Part shown: positions 49,585 through 60,334 of the stretch, one piece after another | Layout: each line of letters begins with the position of its first letter | Position numbering within the stretch: the first letter of the stretch is position 1 | From: Trypanosoma brucei | Lineage: Eukaryota | Length of the DNA: 64,000 bases | NCBI GenBank assembly: GCA_000002445.1 | Contig: AL929603.2 | Span: forward strand, 896,001-960,000 | Direction: 5' to 3' | The notes under the pieces: model-generated | What the model was told of the DNA's origin: nothing | What the model saw: the letters and a program-made list of their open reading frames with translations, nothing else | Database searches by the model: none | Made by a program: the position numbers and the translations under genes

Positions 49585-51168
49585 ATGTTTTTGAAGGAGG
49601 GAAACAGTGAAATGCGGTTGAGCGGAGCTACGTTCTTGAAGGGCGCTGTTGATGATTTCAATGCATGTGAGTCCCCTGTTTTATCATCCGGAAGCAGTTT
49701 GGTTCTCACAAGTCCTGCTCTGAGCACCTCAGACACGTGCCGATCTGCGATGCGTGAAACCATCCCTTCCGTTTGTGCTGGCGCAGGCCTCAGCAGTCGC
49801 TGCTCAACTGATTGCACTGTGCTGAAGTGTGTGAACCCGCTGCATGTTAAGTTCCAGGAGCCGTCAGGGTTGTCAGGGGCTGATTCAGTGGACTCGTTTG
49901 ACTCGTTGGGTGACCTTTCCGAGTTGCATGAGGAACATCAACATGTTTCTTCTGTTGCCTCTGAAAAGCCTTTGACCCTTCACGATGTGCCGGAATCCGT
50001 CCTGTATGGTGCCATTCCATACCTTTCCCTTCCAGACGTCATTGCCTTATCACGGACATGTAAGAAGTTTCACAAACTGGTGCAGGGATACTTTGCAGTG
50101 AATGAGCATGGCGTGATGAGCATCCCCGCCTTTGACACCCGCAGCTTCATGCAGTACCGTCCAGAGAGGAAACCTCCGGTAACGAAGGCGTCATCTATGG
50201 AACCCGCAACGAAAGCTTCGGACGTGAAACCCATCCGTCTGTTTTTTGGCCAGCAACGACGGGACCCACACCCCTCAGCTCTACGGCGTCTGCTGCGCTT
50301 CATTGCACCTGACCTTGTGATTGCTCACATGGAGGCTCACACGAACCCAGTTAACGGTCGTGGCAAAGGCTGCGCGTGGGTGTTCGCCCTGTCACAATTG
50401 GATGCGGAGCGACTGTTACGACTCAGTGGGCGTATCTTCCTTGACATAAATTCTAATGGTGAGGAGGTATACCTGTTCGCTCCCCCTAACTGCCGAGAGT
50501 GGTTGAATGAGCACGCGGAGTGTGCAGTCGCTTCTGCAGTTCGTCCAAGTCACTTGCCACGACAGCCGATGGTTGTGGAAGCCCCCAGGAAGTCGAGTGC
50601 CAAAGTGGAGAAGGGGTTGGAACAATGTGTGCGTCCCCATCCACAACATCGCGGTGTTACGGAGCAGCAGGCACCCGTCGCGGCGGCCCAGCAGATGCCC
50701 GACTCTGTGGAACCATTGGTACGAGTTGGGTCTCCACAGGATGAGGGCCTGCAGCAGCAGGAGCGGCCGTCCGAGGCGTGGACGACCAGCAATCATTTGC
50801 AAGGCGACTCAACACACGGAAGGCGCAGGTCAGGGGAGGCTCTGCAGTCGGGTGAGTCCACACCTGAGCGTTTGCAAGCAAGGCGCCGCCCATGGTTGGT
50901 TGCGGCGGATGCTTCAGCCACTCAGCGTGCCAGGGAGCTTCGGTTTTGCAGCAATTCCTCAACTTCTCTTCATCATGAAATGTGGGGATTCCACCCGGGA
51001 GCACGCCTTGGCTCTGGGGTAGGCGGTGACAGATTTATTGCGTGTCCCGAGACGACAACACGCACTGTGCCCCACAACGTGTACACAAGCACTATATGGA
51101 CAGGCCCTAGGCGGTTCCGGCACGACCCGTACGTGTACGGCCCACTGTGCGTACTAGCGGCATCTTAG
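49585..51168 (+). CDS. CFB1: F-box/RRM-like protein, array copy 3 (CFB1-like), haplotype A
   Basis: Identical in protein to copy 5 and differs from copy 1 at one residue (NHLQ versus NHSQ). Confidence 0.8.
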   Translation: MFLKEGNSEMRLSGATFLKGAVDDFNACESPVLSSGSSLVLTSPALSTSDTCRSAMRETIPSVCAGAGLSSRCSTDCTVLKCVNPLHVKFQEPSGLSGADSVDSFDSLGDLSELHEEHQHVSSVASEKPLTLHDVPESVLYGAIPYLSLPDVIALSRTCKKFHKLVQGYFAVNEHGVMSIPAFDTRSFMQYRPERKPPVTKASSMEPATKASDVKPIRLFFGQQRRDPHPSALRRLLRFIAPDLVIAHMEAHTNPVNGRGKGCAWVFALSQLDAERLLRLSGRIFLDINSNGEEVYLFAPPNCREWLNEHAECAVASAVRPSHLPRQPMVVEAPRKSSAKVEKGLEQCVRPHPQHRGVTEQQAPVAAAQQMPDSVEPLVRVGSPQDEGLQQQERPSEAWTTSNHLQGDSTHGRRRSGEALQSGESTPERLQARRRPWLVAADASATQRARELRFCSNSSTSLHHEMWGFHPGARLGSGVGGDRFIACPETTTRTVPHNVYTSTIWTGPRRFRHDPYVYGPLCVLAAS

Positions 51169-52711
51169 CGGTCCAACTGAGTGGTGAGCACTCCATCGAG
51201 TCTGTGTGGTGATGCTGTGGACGGCGTGTCCCCACTGGTTGGACTGTAGTTTCTTCCCTCCCTTTTTTTATATTACGTTATGTTTTTTTTTTTCATTTTC
51301 CACTCCCTTTCTTTGCCGTTTGCACTTTGCTCGCTTGCATTAAGGATGTCTTGGGGGTCTCTGGACCGAGTGCTGTAAGGAGGAGGGGGCAATCCTTCCC
51401 TATACAAATTACCACATATACTCATTTACACTTATACACATATACGCTTTCTATCAATCCCCACTATTTATATATACCGATTCAATTATATGACCATGGA
51501 AAAAACATATATACAGCTTCCTCCGTATGTAACAGCTTCCCCCGGTACGGCACATAGACCGTCACGGGCCTCCCATTGACATAACTTGTGCAAGACTCCT
51601 GTTCCCTGCTAATTGCAGGGAAGAGACGGCTAATTGGAACTACACCTTCCTCACCCTCATTGTTTTCATTGTTTTCTTTTGTATTTCTATTAACCTAAGA
51701 TAATTTCACTCGCTGTACTTTCTTCCCTCCCTACATCTATATGTTCCCTTATATAACTTTTATACACATGTTTTTTCCTCTCTTTTTCATCCTATACAAA
51801 CATATAAGCATACCTATATACACGTATATACATACATATATATGTTTGTTTTTATATGCCGTGACTTTGTTTCTTTTTTCCCCTTTTTATCTCTTTTTAT
51901 CCCTTTCTTTCTTTTTTTACTTTTTCATTTTGAATGCCCTTATGTAAGTAAATGCTTCTTACTAATAGAGGATTGTCCTTGGCAATTTCTCTCTTATCAT
52001 TTTATTTTCCTCTCCCTTGTTCTTTTCGTTTTATATCATTTTTCATTTCGTTTCATTTTATATCATTTTTCATTTCGTTTCATTTTATATCATTTTTCAT
52101 TTCGTTTCATTTACTATTTTATTTTACTTTCGTTTCATTTACTATTTTATTTTACTTTTGTTTCTATTTTTGTTTCCGCTGCTCACACACACACACACAC
52201 ACACCCTGCTCTTCCAGTTGCATGACATCATTACACACTAATTGCAGTGGTGCTCCATTTGCTGTTTGCTGAAACGTTTGATTTATTTCTTGTCCCTTTC
52301 CTCAAGCATCTCTTCGTTTAGGCAACACACCATCTTTATGACAAGTGTTTATTGTAATTGTGGTGTTGTGTGATGCAGCGGTAGATTGGACGTGTGTGTA
52401 CACTTGCAGCAGTGCCTCGCACAAATCGTATCTCCTCCCGGGACTTGTGCATGCAAGTTCCCCAATTTTTAACCCGTGGCCTTGTCACCCGTTACGCTGT
52501 GTCTGCTTTTCGTTTGTTTTGTCTCTTTCTCCCAAATTCCTTTTTGCTTCTACCTTCTGTTTATTGATGCGTGTGATAGTGTTTTCCGCTATCGGGACCA
52601 GAAGACCATAAGCAAGGTAACATCTGAGGCCAACCCAATTGCCATCATTTTCTTTGTCGTGAATTGTGAAGCAAACCTTTACCAAGCGTTATTTGAATAG
52701 CGGTGTACACG

Positions 52712-54295
52712 ATGTTTTTGAAGGAGGGAAACAGTGAAATGCGGTTGAGCGGAGCAGCGTTCTTGAAGGGCGCTGTTGATGATATCAATGCATGTGAGTC
52801 CCCTGTTTTATCATCCGGAAGCAGTTTGGTTCTTACAAGTCCTGCTCTGAGCACCTCAGACACGTGCCGATCTGCGATGCGTGAAACCATCCCTTCCGTT
52901 TGTGCTGGCGCAGGCCTCAGCAGTCGCTGCTCAACTGATTGCACTGTGCTGAAGTGTGTGAACCCGCTGCATGTTAAGTTCCAGGAGCCGTCAGGGTTGT
53001 CAGGGGCTGATTCAGTGGACTCGTTTGACTCGTTGGGTGACCTTTCCGAGTTGCATGAGGAACATCAACATGTTTCTTCTGTTGCCTCTGAAAAGCCTTT
53101 GACCCTTCACGATGTGCCGGAATCCGTCCTGTATGGTGCCATTCCATACCTTTCCCTTCCAGACGTCATTGCCTTATCACGGACATGTAAGAAGTTTCAC
53201 AAACTGGTGCAGGGATACTTTGCAGTGAATGAGCATGGCGTGATGAGCATCCCCGCCTTTGACACCCGCAGCTTCATGCAGTACCGTCCGGAGAGGAAAC
53301 CTCCGGTAACGAAGGCGTCATCTATGGAACCCGCAACGAAAGCTTCGGACGTGAAGCCCATCCGTCTGTTTTTTGGCCAGCAACGACGGGACCCACACCC
53401 CTCAGCTCTACGGCGTCTGCTGCGCTTCATTGCACCTGACCTTGTGATTGCTCACATGGAGGCTCACACGAACCCAGTTAACGGTCGTGGCAAAGGCTGC
53501 GCGTGGGTGTTCGCCCTGTCACAATTGGATGCGGAGCGACTGTTACGACTCAGTGGGCGTATCTTCCTTGACATAAATTCTAATGGTGAGGAGGTATACC
53601 TGTTCGCTCCCCCTAACTGCCGAGAGTGGTTGAATGAGCACGCGGAGTGTGCAGTCGCTTCCGCAGTTCGTCCAAGTCACTTGCCACGACAGCCGATGGT
53701 TGTGGAAGCCCCCAGGAAGTCGAGTGCCAAAGTGGAGAAGGGGTTGGAACAATGTGTGCGTCCCCATCCACAACATCGCGGTGTTACGGAGCAGCAGGCA
53801 CCCGTCGCGGCGGCCCAGCAGATGCCCGACTCTGTGGAACCATTGGTACGAGTTGGGTCTCCACAGGATGAGGGCCTGCAGCAGCAGGAGCGGCCGTCCG
53901 AGGCGTGGACGACCAGCAATCATTTGCAAGGCGACTCAACACACGGAAGGCGCAGGTCAGGGGAGGCTCTGCAGTCGGGTGAGTCCACACCTGAGCGTTT
54001 GCAAGCAAGGCGCCGCCCATGGTTGGTTGCGGCGGATGCTTCAGCCACTCAGCGTGCCAGGGAGCTTCGGTTTTGCAGCAATTCCTCAACTTCTCTTCAT
54101 CATGAAATGTGGGGATTCCACCCGGGAGCACGCCTTGGCTCTGGGGTAGGCGGTGACAGATTTATTGCGTGTCCCGAGACGACAACACGCACTGTGCCCC
54201 ACAACGTGTACACAAGCACTATATGGACAGGCCCTAGGCGGTTCCGGCACGACCCGTACGTGTACGGCCCACTGTGCGTACTAGCGGCATCTTAG
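52712..54295 (+). CDS. CFB1: F-box/RRM-like protein, array copy 4 (CFB1-like), haplotype B
   Basis: Protein identical to copy 2. Confidence 0.8.
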   Translation: MFLKEGNSEMRLSGAAFLKGAVDDINACESPVLSSGSSLVLTSPALSTSDTCRSAMRETIPSVCAGAGLSSRCSTDCTVLKCVNPLHVKFQEPSGLSGADSVDSFDSLGDLSELHEEHQHVSSVASEKPLTLHDVPESVLYGAIPYLSLPDVIALSRTCKKFHKLVQGYFAVNEHGVMSIPAFDTRSFMQYRPERKPPVTKASSMEPATKASDVKPIRLFFGQQRRDPHPSALRRLLRFIAPDLVIAHMEAHTNPVNGRGKGCAWVFALSQLDAERLLRLSGRIFLDINSNGEEVYLFAPPNCREWLNEHAECAVASAVRPSHLPRQPMVVEAPRKSSAKVEKGLEQCVRPHPQHRGVTEQQAPVAAAQQMPDSVEPLVRVGSPQDEGLQQQERPSEAWTTSNHLQGDSTHGRRRSGEALQSGESTPERLQARRRPWLVAADASATQRARELRFCSNSSTSLHHEMWGFHPGARLGSGVGGDRFIACPETTTRTVPHNVYTSTIWTGPRRFRHDPYVYGPLCVLAAS

Positions 54296-55840
54296 CGGTC
54301 CAACTGAGTGGTGAGCACTCCATCGAGTCTGTGTGGTGATGCTGTGGACGGCGTGTCCCCACTGGTTGGACTGTAGTTTCTTCCCTCCCTTTTTTTATAT
54401 TACGTTATGTTTTTTTTTTTCATTTTCCACTCCCTTTCTTTGCCGTTTGCACTTTGCTCGCTTGCATTAAGGATGTCTTGGGGGTCTCTGGACCGAGTGC
54501 TGTAAGGAGGAGGGGGCAATCCTTCCCTATACAAATTACCACATATACTCATTTACACTTATACACATATACGCTTTCTATCAATCCCCACTATTTATAT
54601 ATACCGATTCAATTATATGACCATGGAAAAAACATATATACAACTTCCTCCGTATGTAACAGCTTCCCCCGGTACGGCACATAGACCGTCACGGGCCTCC
54701 CATTGACATAACTTGTGCAAGACTCCTGTTCCCTGCTAATTGCAGGGAAGAGACGGCTAATTGGAACTACACCTTCCTCACCCTCATTGTTTTCATTGTT
54801 TTCTTTTGTATTTCTATTAACCTAAGATAATTTCACTCGCTGTACTTTCTTCCCTCCCTACATCTATATGTTCCCTTATATAACTTTTATACACATGTTT
54901 TTTCCTCTCTTTTTCATCCTATACAAACATATAAGCATACCTATATACACGTATATACATACATATATATGTTTGTTTTTATATGCCGTGACTTTGTTTC
55001 TTTTTTCCCCTTTTTATCTCTTTTTATCCCTTTCTTTCTTTTTTTACTTTTTCATTTTGAATGCCCTTATGTAAGTAAATGCTTCTTACTAATAGAGGAT
55101 TGTCCTTGGCAATTTCTCTCTTATCATTTTATTTTCCTCTCCCTTGTTCTTTTCGTTTTATATCATTTTTCATTTCGTTTCATTTTATATCATTTTTCAT
55201 TTCGTTTCATTTTATATCATTTTTCATTTCGTTTCATTTACTATTTTATTTTACTTTCGTTTCATTTACTATTTTATTTTACTTTTGTTTCTATTTTTGT
55301 TTCCGCTGCTCACACACACACACACACACACACCCTGCTCTTCCAGTTGCATGACATCATTACACACTAATTGCAGTGGTGCTCCATTTGCTGTTTGCTG
55401 AAACGTTTGATTTATTTCTTGTCCCTTTCCTCAAGCATCTCTTCGTTTAGGCAACACACCATCTTTATGACAAGTGTTTATTGTAATTGTGGTGTTGTGT
55501 GATGCAGCGGTAGATTGGACGTGTGTGTACACTTGCAGCAGTGCCTCGCACAAATCGTATCTCCTCCCGGGACTTGTGCATGCAAGTTCCCCAATTTTTA
55601 ACCCGTGGCCTTGTCACCCGTTACGCTGTGTCTGCTTTTCGTTTGTTTTGTCTCTTTCTCCCAAATTCCTTTTTGCTTCTACCTTCTGTTTATTGATGCG
55701 TGTGATAGTGTTTTCCGCTATCGGGACCAGAAGACCATAAGCAAGGTAACATCTGAGGCCAACCCAATTGCCATCATTTTCTTTGTCGTGAATTGTGAAG
55801 CAAACCTTTACCAAGCGTTATTTGAATAGCGGTGTACACG

Positions 55841-57424
55841 ATGTTTTTGAAGGAGGGAAACAGTGAAATGCGGTTGAGCGGAGCTACGTTCTTGAAGGGC
55901 GCTGTTGATGATTTCAATGCATGTGAGTCCCCTGTTTTATCATCCGGAAGCAGTTTGGTTCTTACAAGTCCTGCTCTGAGCACCTCAGACACGTGCCGAT
56001 CTGCGATGCGTGAAACCATCCCTTCCGTTTGTGCTGGCGCAGGCCTCAGCAGTCGCTGCTCAACTGATTGCACTGTGCTGAAGTGTGTGAACCCGCTGCA
56101 TGTTAAGTTCCAGGAGCCGTCAGGGTTGTCAGGGGCTGATTCAGTGGACTCGTTTGACTCGTTGGGTGACCTTTCCGAGTTGCATGAGGAACATCAACAT
56201 GTTTCTTCTGTTGCCTCTGAAAAGCCTTTGACCCTTCACGATGTGCCGGAATCCGTCCTGTATGGTGCCATTCCATACCTTTCCCTTCCAGACGTCATTG
56301 CCTTATCACGGACATGTAAGAAGTTTCACAAACTGGTGCAGGGATACTTTGCAGTGAATGAGCATGGCGTGATGAGCATCCCCGCCTTTGACACCCGCAG
56401 CTTCATGCAGTACCGTCCAGAGAGGAAACCTCCGGTAACGAAGGCGTCATCTATGGAACCCGCAACGAAAGCTTCGGACGTGAAACCCATCCGTCTGTTT
56501 TTTGGCCAGCAACGACGGGACCCACACCCCTCAGCTCTACGGCGTCTGCTGCGCTTCATTGCACCTGACCTTGTGATTGCTCACATGGAGGCTCACACGA
56601 ACCCAGTTAACGGTCGTGGCAAAGGCTGCGCGTGGGTGTTCGCCCTGTCACAATTGGATGCGGAGCGACTGTTACGACTCAGTGGGCGTATCTTCCTTGA
56701 CATAAATTCTAATGGTGAGGAGGTATACCTGTTCGCTCCCCCTAACTGCCGAGAGTGGTTGAATGAGCACGCGGAGTGTGCAGTCGCTTCCGCAGTTCGT
56801 CCAAGTCACTTGCCACGACAGCCGATGGTTGTGGAAGCCCCCAGGAAGTCGAGTGCCAAAGTGGAGAAGGGGTTGGAACAATGTGTGCGTCCCCATCCAC
56901 AACATCGCGGTGTTACGGAGCAGCAGGCACCCGTCGCGGCGGCCCAGCAGATGCCCGACTCTGTGGAACCATTGGTACGAGTTGGGTCTCCACAGGATGA
57001 GGGCCTGCAGCAGCAGGAGCGGCCGTCCGAGGCGTGGACGACCAGCAATCATTTGCAAGGCGACTCAACACACGGAAGGCGCAGGTCAGGGGAGGCTCTG
57101 CAGTCGGGTGAGTCCACACCTGAGCGTTTGCAAGCAAGGCGCCGCCCATGGTTGGTTGCGGCGGATGCTTCAGCCACTCAGCGTGCCAGGGAACTTCGGT
57201 TTTGCAGCAATTCCTCAACTTCTCTTCATCATGAAATGTGGGGATTCCACCCGGGAGCACGCCTTGGCTCTGGGGTAGGCGGTGACAGATTTATTGCGTG
57301 TCCCGAGACGACAACACGCACTGTGCCCCACAACGTGTACACAAGCACTATATGGACAGGCCCTAGGCGGTTCCGGCACGACCCGTACGTGTACGGCCCA
57401 CTGTGCGTACTAGCGGCATCTTAG
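55841..57424 (+). CDS. CFB1: F-box/RRM-like protein, array copy 5 (CFB1-like), haplotype A
   Basis: Protein identical to copy 3. Confidence 0.8.
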   Translation: MFLKEGNSEMRLSGATFLKGAVDDFNACESPVLSSGSSLVLTSPALSTSDTCRSAMRETIPSVCAGAGLSSRCSTDCTVLKCVNPLHVKFQEPSGLSGADSVDSFDSLGDLSELHEEHQHVSSVASEKPLTLHDVPESVLYGAIPYLSLPDVIALSRTCKKFHKLVQGYFAVNEHGVMSIPAFDTRSFMQYRPERKPPVTKASSMEPATKASDVKPIRLFFGQQRRDPHPSALRRLLRFIAPDLVIAHMEAHTNPVNGRGKGCAWVFALSQLDAERLLRLSGRIFLDINSNGEEVYLFAPPNCREWLNEHAECAVASAVRPSHLPRQPMVVEAPRKSSAKVEKGLEQCVRPHPQHRGVTEQQAPVAAAQQMPDSVEPLVRVGSPQDEGLQQQERPSEAWTTSNHLQGDSTHGRRRSGEALQSGESTPERLQARRRPWLVAADASATQRARELRFCSNSSTSLHHEMWGFHPGARLGSGVGGDRFIACPETTTRTVPHNVYTSTIWTGPRRFRHDPYVYGPLCVLAAS

Positions 57425-58903
57425 CGGTCCAACTGAGTGGTGAGCACTCCATCGAGTCTGTGTGGTGATGCTGTGGACGGCGTGTCCCCACTGGTTGGAC
57501 TGTAGTTTCTTCCCTCCCTTTTTTTATATTACGTTATGTTTTTTTTTTTCATTTTCCACTCCCTTTCTTTGCCGTTTGCACTTTGCTCGCTTGCATTAAG
57601 GATGTCTTGGGGGTCTCTGGACCGAGTGCTGTAAGGAGGAGGGGGCAATCCTTCCCTATACAAATTACCACATATACTCATTTACACTTATACACATATA
57701 CGCTTTCTATCAATCCCCACTATTTATATATACCGATTCAATTATATGACCATGGAAAAAACATATATACAACTTCCTCCGTATGTAACAGCTTCCCCCG
57801 GTACGGCACATAGACCGTCACGGGCCTCCCATTGACATAACTTGTGCAAGACTCCTGTTCCCTGCTAATTGCAGGGAAGAGACGGCTAATTGGAACTACA
57901 CCTTCCTCACCCTCATTGTTTTCATTGTTTTCTTTTGTATTTCTATTAACCTAAGATAATTTCACTCGCTGTACTTTCTTCCCTCCCTACATCTATATGT
58001 TCCCTTATATAACTTTTATACACATGTTTTTTCCTCTCTTTTTCATCCTATACAAACATATAAGCATATCTATATACACGTATATACATACATATATATG
58101 TTTGTTTTTATATGCCGTGACTTTGTTTCTTTTTCCCCCTTTTTATCTCTTTTTATCCCTTTCTTTCTTTTTTTACTTTTTCATTTTGAATGCCCTTATG
58201 TAAGTAAACGCTTCTTACTAATAGAGGATTGTCCTTGGCAATTTCTCTCTTATCATTTTATTTTCCTCTCCCTTGTTCTTTTCGTTTTATATCATTTTTC
58301 ATTTCGTTTCATTTACTATTTTATTTTACTTTTGTTTCATTTACTATTTTATTTTACTTTTGTTTCTATTTTTGTTTCCGCTGCTCACACACACACCCTG
58401 CTCTTCCAGTTGCATGACATCATTACACACTAATTGCAGTGGTGCTCCATTTGCTGTTTGCTGAAACGTTTGATTTATTTCTTGTCCCTTTCCTCAAGCA
58501 TCTCTTCGTTTAGGCAACACACCATCTTTATGACAAGTGTTTATTGTAATTGTGGTGTTGTGTGATGCAGCGGTAGATTGGACGTGTGTGTACACTTGCA
58601 GCAGTGCCTCGCACAAATCGTATCTCCTCCCGGGACTTGTGCATGCAAGTTCCCCAATTTTTAACCCGTGGCCTTGTCACCCGTTACGCTGTGTCTGCTT
58701 TTCGTTTGTTTTGTCTCTTTCTCCCAAATTCCTTTTTGCTTCTACCTTCTGTTTATTGATGCGTGTGATAGTGTTTTCCGCTATCGGAACCAGAAGACCA
58801 TAAGCAAGGTAACATCTGAGGCCAACCCAATTGCCATCATTTTCTTTGTCGTGAATTGTGAAGCAAACCTCTACCAAGCGTTATTTGAATAGCGGTGTAC
58901 ACG

Positions 58904-60334
58904 ATGTCCTTGGAGGAGGGAAGCAGTGAAATGCGGTTGAGCGGAGCAGCGTTCTTGAAGGGCGCTGTTGATGATTTCCATGCGGGTAAATCTTCTGCTT
59001 TGTCATCTGGTAGCAGTCCTGCGCTTACTGTGTCTGTTTTTAGTACGCCGGCGTTCGGTTGTTCGACATTTGGTAACTCATCGCCGGTTTGTGGCGGCCA
59101 TGAAGCCAACTACGAAGCTGTTGCGCTCCGTGATGCCCCCTTGAGCAGTCGAGGTATCGTTGCTTGGGATAGGATGAAGTGTGAGAGCTCACTTTTTGTG
59201 AAACTTCAGGCGTCTTCAGGGTTGTCCGGAACCGACTCAGAGGACATAGCTAACCCGTTAGTGGATCTTTCGGATGCTTGCGGAACAGATGCCCTTTCCG
59301 AGTTGCGTGAGGAACATCAACATATTTCTTCTGTTGCCTCTGAAAAGCCTTTGACCCTTCACGATGTGCCGGAATCCGTCCTGTATGGTGCCATTCCATA
59401 CCTTTCCCTTCCAGACGTCATTGCCTTATCACGGACATGTAAGAAGTTTCACAAACTGGTGCAGGGATACTTTGCAGTGAATGAGCATGGCGTGATGAGC
59501 ATCCCCGCCTTTGACACCCGCAGCTTCATGCAGTACCGTCCAGAGAGGAAACCTCCGGTAACGAAGGTCACAGCCGCGGGACCCGCCCCTAAAATTCCTG
59601 GTGTGAAACCCATCCGTCTGTTTTTTGGCCAGCAACGACGGGACGTTTATCCCTCAGCTCTACGGCGTCTGCTGCGCTTCATTGCACCTGACCTTGTTAT
59701 CACTCACATGGAGGCTCACGTGAATGAGGCAACTGGTCGGGGCAAAGGCTGCGCATGGGTTATTGTTCCTTCAGTGTTGGAGGCGAAACGACTGTTACGA
59801 CTCAGTGGGCGTATCTTCCTTGACATAAATTCTAATGGTGAGGAGGTATACCTGTTCGCTCCCCCTAACTGCCGAGAGTGGTTAAGTGAGTACGCCGACT
59901 ACGTTGTCTCCTCAACAACTCGTGCAAGCCATCTTCCGTACTTACCAATGGTTGTTGGAGTACCGAAGAAGGAGTGTATATATGTACGTGAGCTTTTGGC
60001 ACCTTATATTTATGATCCCAATCGCGGTGACTGTCCGCCATATGCCGACGCGGTTTCGGAGTTTAAGGGCTTATTGGAGGATCATGCGTTACTTCCAGTA
60101 TCTTCCGCCGTATCGGGCATTATTCCTCCTTTTGCTTCTGTTCCTCCTATGGTGCAGACTTGCATGTTTTCTTCCTCTTTTGATCGTAGAGAATACTTTG
60201 AAGCCCCCAACGTTTATACCAGCACGGTGTGGACTGGCTTCAGTCGGTACCGCCATGATCCGTATGTGTTTGATCCACTACGGGAGCCAACGAACATGTT
60301 ACCGCTGCATGAAGTGGATTACGCTGAGATGTAG
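58904..60334 (+). CDS. CFB2: Divergent terminal array member: F-box/RRM-like protein with C-terminal RYRHDPY motif (CFB2-like)
   Basis: The track start 58895 is GTG; the ATG is 58904 (MSLEEGSSEMRL). The N-terminal ~110 aa and the C-terminal ~150 aa are diverged from CFB1. The central F-box and RRM-like core (EKPLTLHDVPESVLYG...QYRPERKPPVTK; PIRLFFGQQRRD; LRLSGRIFLDINSNGEEVYLFAPPNCREWL) is nucleotide-identical to CFB1 over long tracts. HDPY at 60254-60265 (cgc cat gat ccg tat) sits inside RYRHDPYVFDPL. The spacer upstream of it is of the short array class, and the sequence downstream of the stop is unique. Symbol assigned from memory, unverified. Confidence 0.75.
   Translation: MSLEEGSSEMRLSGAAFLKGAVDDFHAGKSSALSSGSSPALTVSVFSTPAFGCSTFGNSSPVCGGHEANYEAVALRDAPLSSRGIVAWDRMKCESSLFVKLQASSGLSGTDSEDIANPLVDLSDACGTDALSELREEHQHISSVASEKPLTLHDVPESVLYGAIPYLSLPDVIALSRTCKKFHKLVQGYFAVNEHGVMSIPAFDTRSFMQYRPERKPPVTKVTAAGPAPKIPGVKPIRLFFGQQRRDVYPSALRRLLRFIAPDLVITHMEAHVNEATGRGKGCAWVIVPSVLEAKRLLRLSGRIFLDINSNGEEVYLFAPPNCREWLSEYADYVVSSTTRASHLPYLPMVVGVPKKECIYVRELLAPYIYDPNRGDCPPYADAVSEFKGLLEDHALLPVSSAVSGIIPPFASVPPMVQTCMFSSSFDRREYFEAPNVYTSTVWTGFSRYRHDPYVFDPLREPTNMLPLHEVDYAEM

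Larger units (their letters stand above)
43018..60334 (+). repeat. Head-to-tail tandem gene array: 5 near-identical ~3.06/3.13-kb units (CFB1-type) plus a 6th mosaic unit (CFB2-type)
   Basis: CDS start-to-start spacings are 3128, 3063, 3127, 3129 and 3063 nt. Copies are more than 99% identical over CDS and spacer. The array's 5' boundary is at ~43018, where unit sequence (ttatgacaagtgtttattgtaattgtgg) replaces unique upstream sequence. The 3' boundary is at the CFB2 stop, after which the 3' flank is unique. Confidence 0.95.

Noticed and set aside
43018-60334. CRISPR array or transposon-derived repeat
   Set aside because: The repeat units are ~3.1 kb and each contains a full protein-coding gene. 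There are no short direct repeats with unique spacers and no transposase, reverse-transcriptase or LTR features. The genome is eukaryotic (trans-splicing signals, microsatellites).
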